Part shown: positions 39,318 to 51,815 of the stretch, piece after piece
How the letters are laid out: each line of letters begins with the position of its first letter
How positions within the stretch are numbered: the stretch's first letter is position 1
From: Octopus vulgaris
Lineage: Eukaryota
Assembly (NCBI GenBank): GCA_951406725.2
Contig: OX597824.1
Span: 1,488,001-1,552,000 of the forward strand
DNA: 64,000 nt
Direction: 5' to 3'
Program-made: the position numbers and the translations under genes
Notes under the pieces: model-generated
The model's input: only the letters and a program-made list of their open reading frames with translations
Told to the model about the DNA's origin: nothing
Database searches by the model: none

Positions 39318-41358
39318 CTAGAAGTAAATGAGAAAAGGATTCTGATAAACACAGGAGAAATTTTAATATTTATTTTCATACTAGAAATTATTCAGGAATG
39401 TATGATAAACAAAACATACTGGTAAAAAAAAATCATTTTAAAAGTTTTCGAAATATTCTTTAATTCCTTTGTGTAAATTTTACAAACAGTTCTATAAAAC
39501 TTTTTGAAAAGGGTACTTCTGAGGAACATAAGCACTGTTTTAAAAATAGAAGGTGGGGGTGTTAATTGTAAAAGTAGATACATTGAAATTATCAATAGAA
39601 AGATAAAACGTAATTTACTGGAATCAAATAATAGCCCCATATCTAAATGTAGCTTAAACAGTCTTATGAAAGATTATACTGCATAGCATATAAAACGGAA
39701 TAAGACTTTTAGATTTCTTGCATCATCTTTGATTCTGTTCCGTTTAGATTTCTGTTGTTAAACTCAAAACTGAGAGAGTTAGAGAGTAATAAGTTATTGG
39801 ATCTCAATGAAAACAGTTTATTGTTTAGTCAATACTAAGTTTAATCAATGAATCTCGTTCGCAGAAGCTTCTTTGTAGGACGAGATTGCCGGCAGAATTT
39901 GTTAAACGAATAAAAAATATGTGGCGATGGATCTCAGGAATTCGTCCAACTGAATTATCTGCTTTTGAATTAACGCATGAGTGACCGATTAGTCCGCTGA
40001 TACGTGAACGCTTAATGTAATTCCCAAAACGAATACACGTGGCACAGTGGATGGGACAAAGTTGTACTTTTCCAACTACAAATATGATTCATTCGACTCG
40101 TTTCTTTACAATTTCCATCTCCCTAATTTCACACACACACATACACACAGACACACACACACACACACACATACACACACACACACACATTATGAACCTA
40201 TCCAACAAATTTCTGAATATTGCTCGCTGATAATTTTAAAAATCATTTCGGTTTCGGTTTTCTTCTTCTCTATTTTTGCTCGTTTCGTCAGTCATTTCCA
40301 AAATGACTGAAAAGATTTTACTTAACCAGGACAGGTTATGTAATATATTACACTTTCTGTTGTGCAGTTTACGTCAGCGTTTGGCCTCATCAAAATTTCG
40401 TCTCACAAATAGAACCCTCATAGCTCTACTTGTCTCTATCATATGTCTCAAACTTGCTAATTCAACAAGTTTTTACAGAAATATTTCGAATATATTTTCC
40501 ATTGGTTGAGGTGTTCTGCTGATATTTGAGATTTCTTTCGCTAAATCTTTTTTTGCCTTTGGAGCGGGATTGCTACGTTTACCACAATTCTAGTAAACAT
40601 GTTTGACACTGCTGATCAGCATTGCTGAAAAGCGTAATATCCTGATCCTAATCACAGATATATCCAGTTCCGTTCCTTTGTCATCCAACAAAATATTGCA
40701 ACAGATATGTTTGCAGTTTTAGAGGGAATCGATTCGTATTTGAGATCAGCCATATTTTCGAGTGCATATCTTGTCAAGTAGTATTGTTCTTTGTTTTTTT
40801 TTTCTGGAGCCATGCCTGGCTCATAATGCGTATGGTTTCCCCACCTGGACAGGACGCCGGTCCGTCGCAGGTTTGTCAGGTAATATCGTATGTCTAGATT
40901 AACGAGTGGTGGATTACATGACTAAGCGTCCACATATTGGTTTGCGGCATATTTTTGTAAAATATGTCTGTTGTATTCTTGGTATTATATGATCTAATGA
41001 AGATATCGTAAGACGGTACTTGTTTGTGACTGGTTGCCAAAATATTGCGCAATAGGATCGAACCTGAACTCAAGAGCGTTCCCCACACAGTTCAATGCGT
41101 TGTGGCAGGATTGTTAAAATGCTGTTAGAATACTGTTCCTTTTAGATCTGACATTTTGGTTGATATACTAGGGGTGTTGCCCCGTTAACACAACAACCTG
41201 CTGCATCTTTGCGGCAGATATTCGAACCGGATCAATTGTTGCAGAATAACGTCGTCTTCTGCCAGACACCCAAATTCGTTCTTTAATGAACGGGTAAATA
41301 TTTTGTGCAGATGATACGAAGAAACATCTGATAATGGGAAACGGTGATGAATAGCTAG

Positions 41359-41418
<60 letters not shown>

Positions 41419-41456
41419 CTGTCCGACGAACGGGAGAATGAAACTCTGAGTAACAG
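41419..41456 (+). ncRNA. Variant or decayed hammerhead-like motif in an 80-bp insert within (TA)n
   Basis: CTGT-CCGACGA-ACGGGAGAAT-GAAAC-TCTGA-GTA-ACAG. Stem I CTGT/ACAG, stem III ACTC/GAGT, GUA triplet; U4C in the core and a collapsed stem II. Confidence 0.55.
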
Positions 41457-41490
41457 CTTTTGTTATATTTCTGCTGCTCTTAAATAAAGT

Positions 41491-41568
<78 letters not shown>

Positions 41569-42264
41569 ACTAGTCGGTATGGAGTAAGGAATCAAAACGG
41601 AACGCTAAATAAGCATCGTATTTACATTTTCTTGCTTCTTGTTTAGTTCTTTGATTGAATGTAACGACGTTCACATCTAACCACGTTGTCAGGCCGCTGT
41701 AATAGTATTGCGACTGGAATTTACTTTGATATGCTGTTTGTCTAATTCTGGTTACAAGTATTTAAAATAAAATCAGTACTTATATTAAAATGAATTTGAT
41801 ATGCACACACGCATACAGACACACACACACACACATTTACGCACCTGTGTGCATAAGAATTCAATTGGCCCTTTGTTTATTAAACAATAAAACCTGACAT
41901 CAACATCCAGCAAGAGCTGCATGATGCTATACTAGTTTTATTGCTCTCCTCTCTGTTCGACGGACCTTCCTCCGGCTACATGTCTGCGAAGATCAGACTT
42001 TCAGTTGTTCTTTTGTTGATAAAAGCTGTTGAATAATGGAAATATTTAAATATACAAAATACTAAAATATTTTATTCTGTTCTGTTTTTTCTATTCACAC
42101 CGTCCTCTCCGCTGTCTTTCTTTATCACATTTAGTTACTTGGTGTCAGAAGTAAACTATATTACTTTACTACTTACATACGCATACACACGCATGCACTT
42201 GTATTATATACACCAATGCATAGATCTGGATAGCTTCCTACACACATACACACACACACATACG

Positions 42265-42370
<106 letters not shown>

Positions 42371-44304
42371 TAAATGCATGCATTCTTATATTTATGTATA
42401 TTCGTGTATGTGTTGGCGTCTATGTATAGAATCCAGCGGTTACAATTCATGGATTCTGGTTTCATGTTACGGAATGTTTTCCGAACAACAAACGTCATGT
42501 CTAACTCTCATTAATATTGAATGATTTATAATGGACGACAGTCATGTGTGACGGAATAAGTTAAGGTAAATAGCATAACTTATTCCCGATTAATTATTGT
42601 TTTGGGGGACTTAATTCTCTTCTGTTCAATGAAAACTGAAATGCAATTTTTTTCCTTTTCCATTCACATTTTTCGAAAACGTGACTATGTATAATTAACG
42701 TATAATTAGTTGAGTTCTGTTTAACAATGTAAACTGGCAATATATCACTGAGAGTTTGAAACGCTATGGTATACACACACACACACACACACATTTATAT
42801 ATATATATATATATGTATATATAATTATTTGGCAAAACAAATGACCATCCCGAAATACAACAACATATATAATTTGCATATTCAACTGTAGTAACAGATA
42901 TACTGTACAAGAGAAGATTTCCATGGCGTGTTCTCAGAATCTTCAATAAAATGGGATGATACTCGATACTTTGAAATGTAACTGATAATTTACAGAGAGA
43001 GAGGGCCAAATGTTTTGAGCAGTATTCAATGGGTGATTGCAGGGAAAAATGTTATTTTAAATGATGGGCTGAAAATATTTGGAACACTCTCTGAGTGTCT
43101 CTGTACGAGTGCTTACGTGTGAATGCATTCAATATGTATGACATTCGAACCTACACAATGAGCCATACTAAGATGCTCCCGTTTATTAGTTTGTAACCAA
43201 TCTGGAAACGCAGAAACCTATATAACCAGCAATAGCTTCTTGGTTCACGTGCAGCAACCAATTGAGCAAATCCTTCTTCATGTTTTTATGCAAGAACTAT
43301 TACAGTCTTCGTGAGTCTCAGCAACAGCCTGTTTCCGATTTCGGTGAGTTTCGAAGAATAACAAAACATTACACCTATGGATTCTTTGATCCTATTCGAT
43401 GTCGTCGGTAAAATGGATTCTCCTCGGGATTTTACATCACATAAAGAATAAAAGTTAATCTTCACTTATGGAGTCGGTCTTCAAATTGTTAACCAACAAT
43501 GGATTCTGCATTTATTTATAGAGGAACATCCGGACATATGTATAACAGCACCATTCTACAATAACATCTGAAATGGTTCATCAATTGTCTACAGTAATAT
43601 TTTAAATACACGGATACACAACGAAACCAAGATACACAAACGCATTACATCTTTGCCCTGTTCCCCGAATCTATTTTCGTCTTTTTGTCATTCTGCCTTT
43701 ATCTCTTTCCAAACACACGCGCGCACACACACATGTAACCGTACACATACAAGCACGTGTATATACACATGCTTGCGCACTTACACACAAACACATAAAC
43801 ACACACACACACTCACAAATATATACACATACATACATGTACATACATGCACAACACACATATAGCTCTATAAAAGACTAAGAATTACAGAGATTACTGA
43901 TGCGGAAGATTCCGAATATGTTGCAACGGATTTCAGCGCATAACCCAAGAGCGTTGATCTGCTGGTTCAATATATTATCTCCATGGTGACGTACTTCTGA
44001 ATGGAAGGATATAAATCAATTTAATTTTCTTCCGTTTAACTCTATTCCCGGATTTTCATGCCTCAGGAATTGGTCGATTATCTCAAACGTTAAATCAAAT
44101 CTGTTTTGTAATATCTATTGATTAAAATCTGTTCCGTCATATCTCTTTCTCACAGATCTTACGTGAGAACTGCTTCAATTATATAATTTCAGATCTGATA
44201 CTTTCGTTTGAAACCTGCTATCATAGAATCGTATAGACGCAAACGAAACTTAGTGTAACGACAGATGGATGCTTCAAGTGCGAATGCCTACACCTACATA
44301 CATG

Positions 44305-44355
<51 letters not shown>

Positions 44356-44554
44356 CTTTATGCTTTTTTTTGCTGTGCTTTCTGCTTTGTATGTACATAT
44401 TGGAATAACACATAGATGTCAACTGGCATCCCTTATACCGTCACATCAGAAAAGTAGGCCAGCTGCAGAAAATTCTAGTAGCATTGATACTAACGCAGTA
44501 GATAGTTGATAGAACTAAAGAGAAAAGCTAACAATTCCAAATCTAAATTTTCGA

Positions 44555-44752
44555 ACAAGGCCAGCAACTTTTAAGGAGGGTTACGCCCATTGTATCGTCT
44601 CCAATTCTCGACTAGTACTTAACATATCGACACTGAAAGGATGAAAGGCAAAGTGGACCTCGGCGGAATTTGAACTCGGGACGTAGTGACGAGCGAAATA
44701 CCGCTAAGTATTTCGTCCAGCATACTAACGATTCTGCCAGCTCGTCACCTTA
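44555..44752 (-). mobile_element. Family-B SINE
   Basis: GAAAGGATGAAAGGCAAAGTGGACCTCGGCGGAATTTGAACTC...CTAACGATTCTGCCAGCTCGTCACCTT. Confidence 0.85.
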
Positions 44753-44770
44753 AATAATAATAATAATAAC

Positions 44771-44817
<47 letters not shown>

Positions 44818-44818
<1 letters not shown>

Positions 44819-44860
44819 TAGCAGAGATACCCGGCCTTGATCAGGATTAAAATAGCATAG
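44818..44860 (-). mobile_element. Helitron 3' terminus (short)
   Basis: ACTAGCAGAGATACCCGGC is identical to the Helitron end at 4460-4478. A more decayed end (GTAGCTGACATACCCGG) lies at 45178. Confidence 0.7.
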
Positions 44861-44869
44861 ATTTTTATG

Positions 44870-45148
44870 TTTTACTTGCTTCAGTCATGTGACTACGGCC
44901 ATGCTGGAGCCCCACCGTTAGTCGAAGAAATCAACCACAGGAGTTATTCTTTGTAAGCTTAGTACTCATTCTGTCAGTGTCTTTTACCAAACCGCTAAGT
45001 TACAGGAATATATTACAGCAACATCAGTTGTCAAACAATGGTGGGGGTACAAACACAAGATACATACATACACGTATATATGACCGTCTTCTTTCAGTTT
45101 CCGCGTACGAAACCCGCTCACAAGGTTTGGGCAGCCTGAGGCTATAAT
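44870..45148 (-). mobile_element. Family-A SINE (decayed)
   Basis: TTTACTTGCTTCAGTCAT.TGACT.CGGCCATGCTGGAGC...ACCGCTAAGTTAC...CTTCTTTCAGTTTCCG. Confidence 0.82.
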
Positions 45149-45829
45149 AAGCATATATATATATATATATATATATGGTAGCTGACATACCCGGTAATTA
45201 CCGAGAAAGCAGGCTTATCCCTTGGGTCCGTTCTTATACTTGTTTCGCTAATCCTGTAACAACAATACAAAGTACGTAGCCCTTAAAACGGTTTTATTGT
45301 ATTTATTGAGAATACCGAACTGTCTTACACAGGATTTTGTTTTTAGGAATTCCCTATAAGTTATGATAACCCAAATTGCGAAGTAAGTTATGTAATAACA
45401 TGAAATTTGTTACTCTATATTAAGAATTTTAAATAAAGCAGTCCTGAAAAGGGCTTTAATACGTTCCCAGTGTATATAGATTTTAGGAGGAAATGCTAAA
45501 AAGGTATGTATACTAAAATCGTGAAACATCTTACGTAATAACAGGCTAATCAGATATGAGATAACAATTCAAAGTAATTAACTGCGAAAAAAGCTCTTCT
45601 ACATTCCCAGAGAATATTACCCTCAGCTGCGCTAGTGTTGGTATATTCGTGAATAAGTCACTAACCGAAATAATTAGATCTATTGTTTAGAAGAATACTG
45701 TTTACTTGTTTCAGCGTTGTATTGGATAAATTGAGAAAATAACTAAAATACTTATTGTACTAAGAAATAAGCATGCTTTCCCGGTGGTTATTCCAGGAGG
45801 GAATGGGTTATTTCCCTTGGAAGCTTAAA

Positions 45830-46240
45830 AATAATTACTATTTTCAACGAGATTTAACATCCAGTCATAAGTTGTTTCAAGATATTTGACCATTCCAATT
45901 GTGGTGGTTTTCTGAGAGAGTTCAAATTGGATCAAGCTACGACCTTCTTGGGCTCTGGGAAGGTAGAGACGGGTCTCATCAGTCTGTACATGGTGAACCT
46001 TATTACAAGCCAGCAGCTTACAGTTTTTCCCGTCAAGCTTCTTTAATTCACTGATATTCCAGTTCAACACTTTGGCACTGTAAATAACAACTGGAATCTA
46101 TGGTTAACACTTGGTTATGTGCATTAAACTCAAATTCCAGGACTTCTCGAATTCTCCTACAACATTCCTTTCTGACCTTCTCTTTCATGTACGCATGCTG
46201 AAGGCCAGAGCCCTCATCCATTCCTAGGCACTCGCAGGAT
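45830..46240 (-). pseudogene. R4/Dong-clade non-LTR retrotransposon RT C-terminal remnant
   Basis: CLGMDEGSGLQHAYMKEKVRKECCRRIREVLEFEFNAHNQV...PVVIYS..VLNWNISELKKLDGKNCKLL...HHVQTDETRLYLPRAQEGRSLIQ matches the R4/Dong pattern YLG...MKEK..KEY.RR.R.....NK...PV..YS...NW...EL..LD.K.RK.L...HH......RLYL.R..GGRGL. Confidence 0.8.
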
Positions 46241-47417
46241 TATTCATGTTTGTAACTGTTTCAAAATATAACAACACTGAATTCGAAGTCTTCAATTTCC
46301 TTTTCTGAAAATGGCCTTATCATTAATCTTGTTGTTTTTGTTGTTTTATTTTATACGAATCTTTCTATCTATCCATCTATCTATCTACATTTATATACGA
46401 CCCACTACTTAATATGCTCTTCCTCTTAAAGTCATTCACTGAATTTTTTCCTCACGACACTCTTCCGCTTCTCGCTACTTAACATTTAATATTTGAATAA
46501 GTCATTTGAATGCATCGGCGAAAACCGGAACCTCCCAAGACTTGGTGTTCTATCCATTCTCAGGCACCTATACTCAATTCCACGAATAGAAATTTTGCTC
46601 TCCATTTTTTACCTTATTTCTTAGTTTTTATAGTCTATCTTTACAAAATTAATAAAATACGCACCCCATTACCTTACCAACTACTAATAAATTTCAGTCA
46701 AGTAAAAGGTAGAGAAAAAAAAAAGAAAGAAAAATGAAAAAAAAAAAAGCAAACGCCTTCAATGTCATTTTGACATAAAATTTTTCATTTCATTTCTTTA
46801 CACTTTCTCGTTTCTTTATCATCTCAATCGATGCTGAACCAATTTTAGACGAGGAATTACAGCACTAATTTAAGGAATACTGCACATAACCAGATTTTGG
46901 AAACAAAATTCTTATGCATTAAAAGGAATTATTTTTAGACGCGTTGCAATGATTGCTACTGATGCACTTGTTGTTGTTGTTGCTGTTGTTTTTGTTGATG
47001 TGATATAATTAACATTTCCATCATCTCTGTGTCAACATTCCCATGGTGATGATGGATGATCATCATCATCATCTGCAGCAGCGGTGGTAACAGCAACACC
47101 CTCACCATTACCACATCCTTTTCCCGATGTCTTTCAATATCGCACTCTCTTGCACAGACATATGCAACTTCGTACCAAAGCAGTACATCATCATCATCAT
47201 CATCATCATTAACGCCTGCACATTATTGGATATATACATCAAGAGTTTTTACAGAATACTTAATTTAATGCTAGTAAATATTAGTAAAAGTTTTTGATGT
47301 GATCGAAGTTCGAAGTTAACCAAATATGATTACGACTGTTCTGAGTGATATCCTAACAACATATATATATGTTAAGTAATTATATATATATATATATATA
47401 TATACATATATGCTAAG

Positions 47418-47451
<34 letters not shown>

Positions 47452-47456
<5 letters not shown>

Positions 47457-47920
47457 AATAAATATTAGGGAATAAATCCAAACTTACAGGGAAAAATCAG
47501 ATTTAGGATTGAATCCAATTTATAGTAAAATATTATATTATATAAATTAGAGACAAAACTATATAAGTAGATATAGACTAAAATGGATATTAGAATATGG
47601 ATTTTCTACCTTATAAATTAAAGTTAATATTTAACATTATAGTCGATTTCGATATAATCATATTTAATAATAGAGTTTATTATAAGTAAATTATTTTTTT
47701 AGATTATATAGATTATTTATATCTTAAAAATATTGATTATATTTTAGATTTGAAACCACCTGAAGAATGTCTACTACTCAAAGATGTGATGAAAAGAAGA
47801 CATGAAACGATCGTAGTGGATATTAATAATTGTTAAATTTCTAAATAATATAAATTAATTTATGTATTGGATTAAGTATTTCTTTGTTTGATTTGCATAA
47901 TAGTGGTTTTGTCTCTAATT

Positions 47921-47930
<10 letters not shown>
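47452..47930. mobile_element. (TA)n-embedded PLE-type pLTR insert: leader, 25-bp inverted repeat (47535-47559 / 47906-47930) and hammerhead
   Basis: ATATTATATAAATTAGAGACAAAAC is the exact reverse complement of GTTTTGTCTCTAATTTATATAATAT; TA arrays on both sides. Confidence 0.82.
47756..47819 (+). ncRNA. Minimal type I hammerhead ribozyme with canonical core
   Basis: CCAC-CTGAAGA-ATGTCT...AGACAT-GAAA-CGATCG-TA-GTGG. Perfect stems I and II, palindromic stem III ACGATCGT, GUA triplet at 47813-47815. Confidence 0.9.
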
Positions 47931-47961
<31 letters not shown>

Positions 47962-48059
47962 TAATACACACACAAACATGCATACATAAATGCATATACC
48001 TATATATTTATATAATACTTGACGCACTCACATGTATATGCGTGTATGTGTATGGGTAC

Positions 48060-48530
48060 CTTTGGAAACCCCCTTTACCAATACATAAAAGAAAATTGGA
48101 AAAGATTCCTAGCCGACTGCTTCATCCTCTGGAATGAAAACACAAACTCCTGAAATTCAAAAGACTATTGAACAGCGTCAATCCAAACATTCAGTTCACA
48201 TTGAAATACAGCCAAAAGGAGCTCCCATTCTTGGATATAGCAATTAAGAAAATAAGCCTAAAAATAGAAATAGACATATCCTACAAAGCCACAGACGCCA
48301 AACAATATCTATTGTTTAATTCATGCCATCCAAGACACATCAAAACAAACATCCCCTTCAACCTTGCAAGAAGGATATGCAGAAGAGTGTCAGAACAAAA
48401 TACCAGAGACTTTAGATTGCAAGAATTCAAAAACACTCTAATTGACAGACACTACCCAGTTCAACTCATTGAGGATCAGACATGCAACACAAATCGACAT
48501 AGAAACCTTAAGAAAAGTTCAACACAGTAA
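48060..48530 (+). pseudogene. Penelope-like element reverse transcriptase remnant (motifs 5-7 and thumb)
   Basis: YIKENWKRFLADCFILWNE (cf. W.R(Y/F).DD.F..W), frameshift, then LNSVNPNIQFT...LPFLDI...DISYKATD..QYLLFNSCHPRHIKTNIPFNLARRIC...L..RHYP. These are diagnostic PLE RT motifs. Confidence 0.92.
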
Positions 48531-51040
48531 ATGGCTTAATCATTTAAGCCATATACTTCACTATTTTTAGCAACATCAGCCAAAGGATATATTATCGAAT
48601 GCATCCTTTCTTTTTTACAAAAACACTGCTATGTGTTTGGCCATTCGGCCGCTACTTATTGTTGGTCAACCAATCACATAACCGTTTTCTCATTGCTATT
48701 CTCTGAGTAAATATAAATGCTGCTGCACTGGATATGCAGAAAAAATGGATCCCAAACTATATTTTCTTAAACGAATGTATATTTTTTGTAAAGACGTCTA
48801 TCGTGTGATTTCAGTAATGTTTTTTCCTCTGGCTGTTAGTAATTTTTATCTGTTAGGTCGATATATATATATATTTTTTTATGTGGCTTATCTTATAGCC
48901 TTAAATCCTTGTCCTCACTTCCCAGTATATTCGCATCAATAGCAAATAACTTATTTGGCAGAAAACTTTGATTTGGCATCATTCATGTCTCCTTCCATTA
49001 TAATGGTGGAGTTACTTGTTCTCATTTTTGTACCCATTGGGGCCAAATATGATTGATAGCGTATTCCGGACGCGAGCGCATCGACTTGAAATGAAAATTC
49101 TAAACAATTTTGGCACCATGCGACCTACGTTTTGAATAATGTACTAACAGAAGTGTCCTAAAAAAATAACAGCAAATCTCCCTCAAACGCCATCCTACAT
49201 TCATAGGCAGATGGAGAAAACTGTATAATGTAGTTCCAAAATATTAAAAATGCGCTTCAAAAACGAAAAAACAAGAAGAAAAAAAGGGTGATAAACAGAC
49301 AGGATGGGTACAACCCTGAAAGTCTTCGACCATTGGCCTCTCAACTAAACTTATCACAGACTTACACAAAAACAAAAATCTGATTGTCGAATACTTCTGT
49401 ATATCTTAAAGAATTCCGCGTGAATTAGTTTTATGATAAATGAGGACAATATAGGATCTTTGAACTTTCATTTAATTGATGCGTTATATAAAATAAATGA
49501 TACCTCATTAATGAATAAATAAATTATAAAGTAATTAATTGAAAAGTAATATTAAATGAATATTTATTTAAAACATAAAATATGATTATCCTATCAACGG
49601 GATATTAAATATTTCCTTAAATTTGCTCCTTGACAATAATGTACGTCCAACTATGTTAATGTTATATTTGTTGGTTGTCATATTAATTATTAAGAACAAA
49701 AGTGACGAAAAGGCGGCGGAAACAATGTATTGCTTTGTTTAATTAGGACATTGGCGTTTTGATTTCAAAACGGGTTTTGGTTAAAATCAGCTTTCCTTCT
49801 TCTAGGGTCGATAAAATGTAGTAAGTCAAGCAATGGTGTCTAATTCATTGCCTATTACCCCCCCCCTCCGAAAAATGTGTTGACACGTGTTAATACTAGA
49901 AACTGCAGTCATTCCGAGTTCAAATCCGGCGGAATTCAAATTCACTTTTCCTCCTTTCGAGACGAATATAATGAAGTTTTAGTGAAGTATCGAACTCTGT
50001 GACATCGACTAAACTTTCTCCTTTCGAAATTGCTAAAGTTTGTATTATGGTATTCGTCCTTACAAATATCCACGGTGGTGCATTGGCGCAATCGGTAGAG
50101 CACTCTACACGATGCCTTGCGCTATTTACCTACGATCCTTTACGTACTGAGTTCAAGTGAAAAGCATAGCGCAGGGTACTTTAGTAATTACACGGCAGCA
50201 AATCATCAGAATGGTCAATGTCTCGTGAGGTCGCTCAGCGGTGAACAAGGTCACCTATGCTGAATCGCCAGCCAATTTTGTCTAGTAACAAGCATAGCGC
50301 TGGCTTGCCGGGCAATGACTGATCGGTTAGACTGGTTTGTTAAGAATAAAATGAATTACATCTTCAAAATTGAGGTGCGTCTTCCGCGATGCAGCATATA
50401 TCATGCCGCAATATATGTCAGAAAATCCGGGCAAGTGGTCATGTGAGCTGGAGAAGGACCCTTGATCCTTTTTTTTTTATATGATTATGAGTGTGACTTC
50501 TCACATCTAGTCATACGAATTTCACGTTCTTGGTCAACGGTCTGAATGTGAAGCACACACACACATGCACGCACACACGCACGCACACCCACACATACGC
50601 CTCTCAAGCCATCCTTGTTTAGCAGAACAGGTAAACGCTTTAATCATTAAAGAGGAAAAATAAGGCTGTGAGTTGTCACCGTACTACTCAGTCACAATCA
50701 CATTGCTCAAACTAAATGGTTTTCAGATAATTATAATTTCAAAATTGTTTGGCCCGTGCACCTTGAATAGCATAGAAAACAAATCTAATGCTATCATGTC
50801 GTTACATTAAATTCATTTAAAGTTTTAGCCTCGCTACGTTCCTGCCTTGCTGTGTGCTCATTATGCAGAGGGTGCTTGTGAATAATTTCCTTAATTTTTT
50901 CTCCTGGATAAAACCAGTTATCATTAAACACCGGATGCAAGGGTGCATTTACGAGAACATGCTGGCGTAATAACAACGTCCATAAAAAATTATGCATAGC
51001 AGACTAATAATGGTTTGTGAGCGGAGATTTAAAGAAAACA

Positions 51041-51197
51041 TAGGCGCAGGAATAGCTGTGTGGCTGTGTGGCTGTGTGGTAAGTAGCTTGCTTACTACCA
51101 CACGGTTTCGGGTTCAGTCCCACTGCATGGCACCTTGGGCAAGTGTCTTCTACTATAGGCTTATGAGTGGATTTGGGAAACTGAAACATGCCCGTCG

Positions 51198-51228
<31 letters not shown>

Positions 51229-51815
51229 TTAAGGGTAGAAATTGAGATTTATCAATTAAGACCAGTGGTCTAGCATATTAAAAAAGAATCCGAAGATTAA
51301 AATATTTATATATACCAATTAAGGACTGAACACGAAAAGTGGACAGTCAACATGCTAGATATAGACGTCAAATCGTCATTCACCACAAAAGATTATGTTC
51401 TCAGATCAAACTCAACACAAAACAGTGTTGAGTTTGATCTGAGAACATAATCTTTTGTGGTGAATGACGATTTGACGTCTATATCTAGCATGTTGACTGT
51501 CCACTTTTCGTGTTCAGTCCTTAATTGGTATATATATATATATATATACGACGGGCATGTTTCAGTTATATATATATATATATATATATATACATAAATG
51601 TATGTGTGTGTAAGTGTGTGTGTGTGTGTGAGTGTGTGAGTTCCTCCATCGCTTCACAACCGATGTTAGTGTGTTCACGTCCCTGTAATTTAGCGGTTCG
51701 CGGTAAAAGTGACTGATAGGATAAGTACAAAGAATAAGTCATGGGGTCGATTTGTTCGACAGAAGGCGGTGCTCCAGTATGGCCACAGTGAAATGACTGA
51801 AAAGAATAAAAGAAT
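51041..51815 (+). mobile_element. Family-A SINE interrupted in its internal (TA)n by a fold-back insert
   Basis: 5' half 51041-51197 and 3' half about 51600-51815 align to 17550-17922. Confidence 0.87.
51221..51567. mobile_element. Young fold-back insert: leader, perfect 104-bp inverted repeat (51315-51418 / 51425-51528) and an inverted copy of 19 bp of host flank
   Basis: Arms checked base by base as exact reverse complements around spacer AAAACA; 51549-51567 is the reverse complement of 51179-51197. Confidence 0.95.

Noticed and set aside
47359-47450. Short tandem duplication CATATATATG(T/C)TAAGTAAT(TA)n
   Set aside because: Ordinary slippage duplication in a microsatellite.
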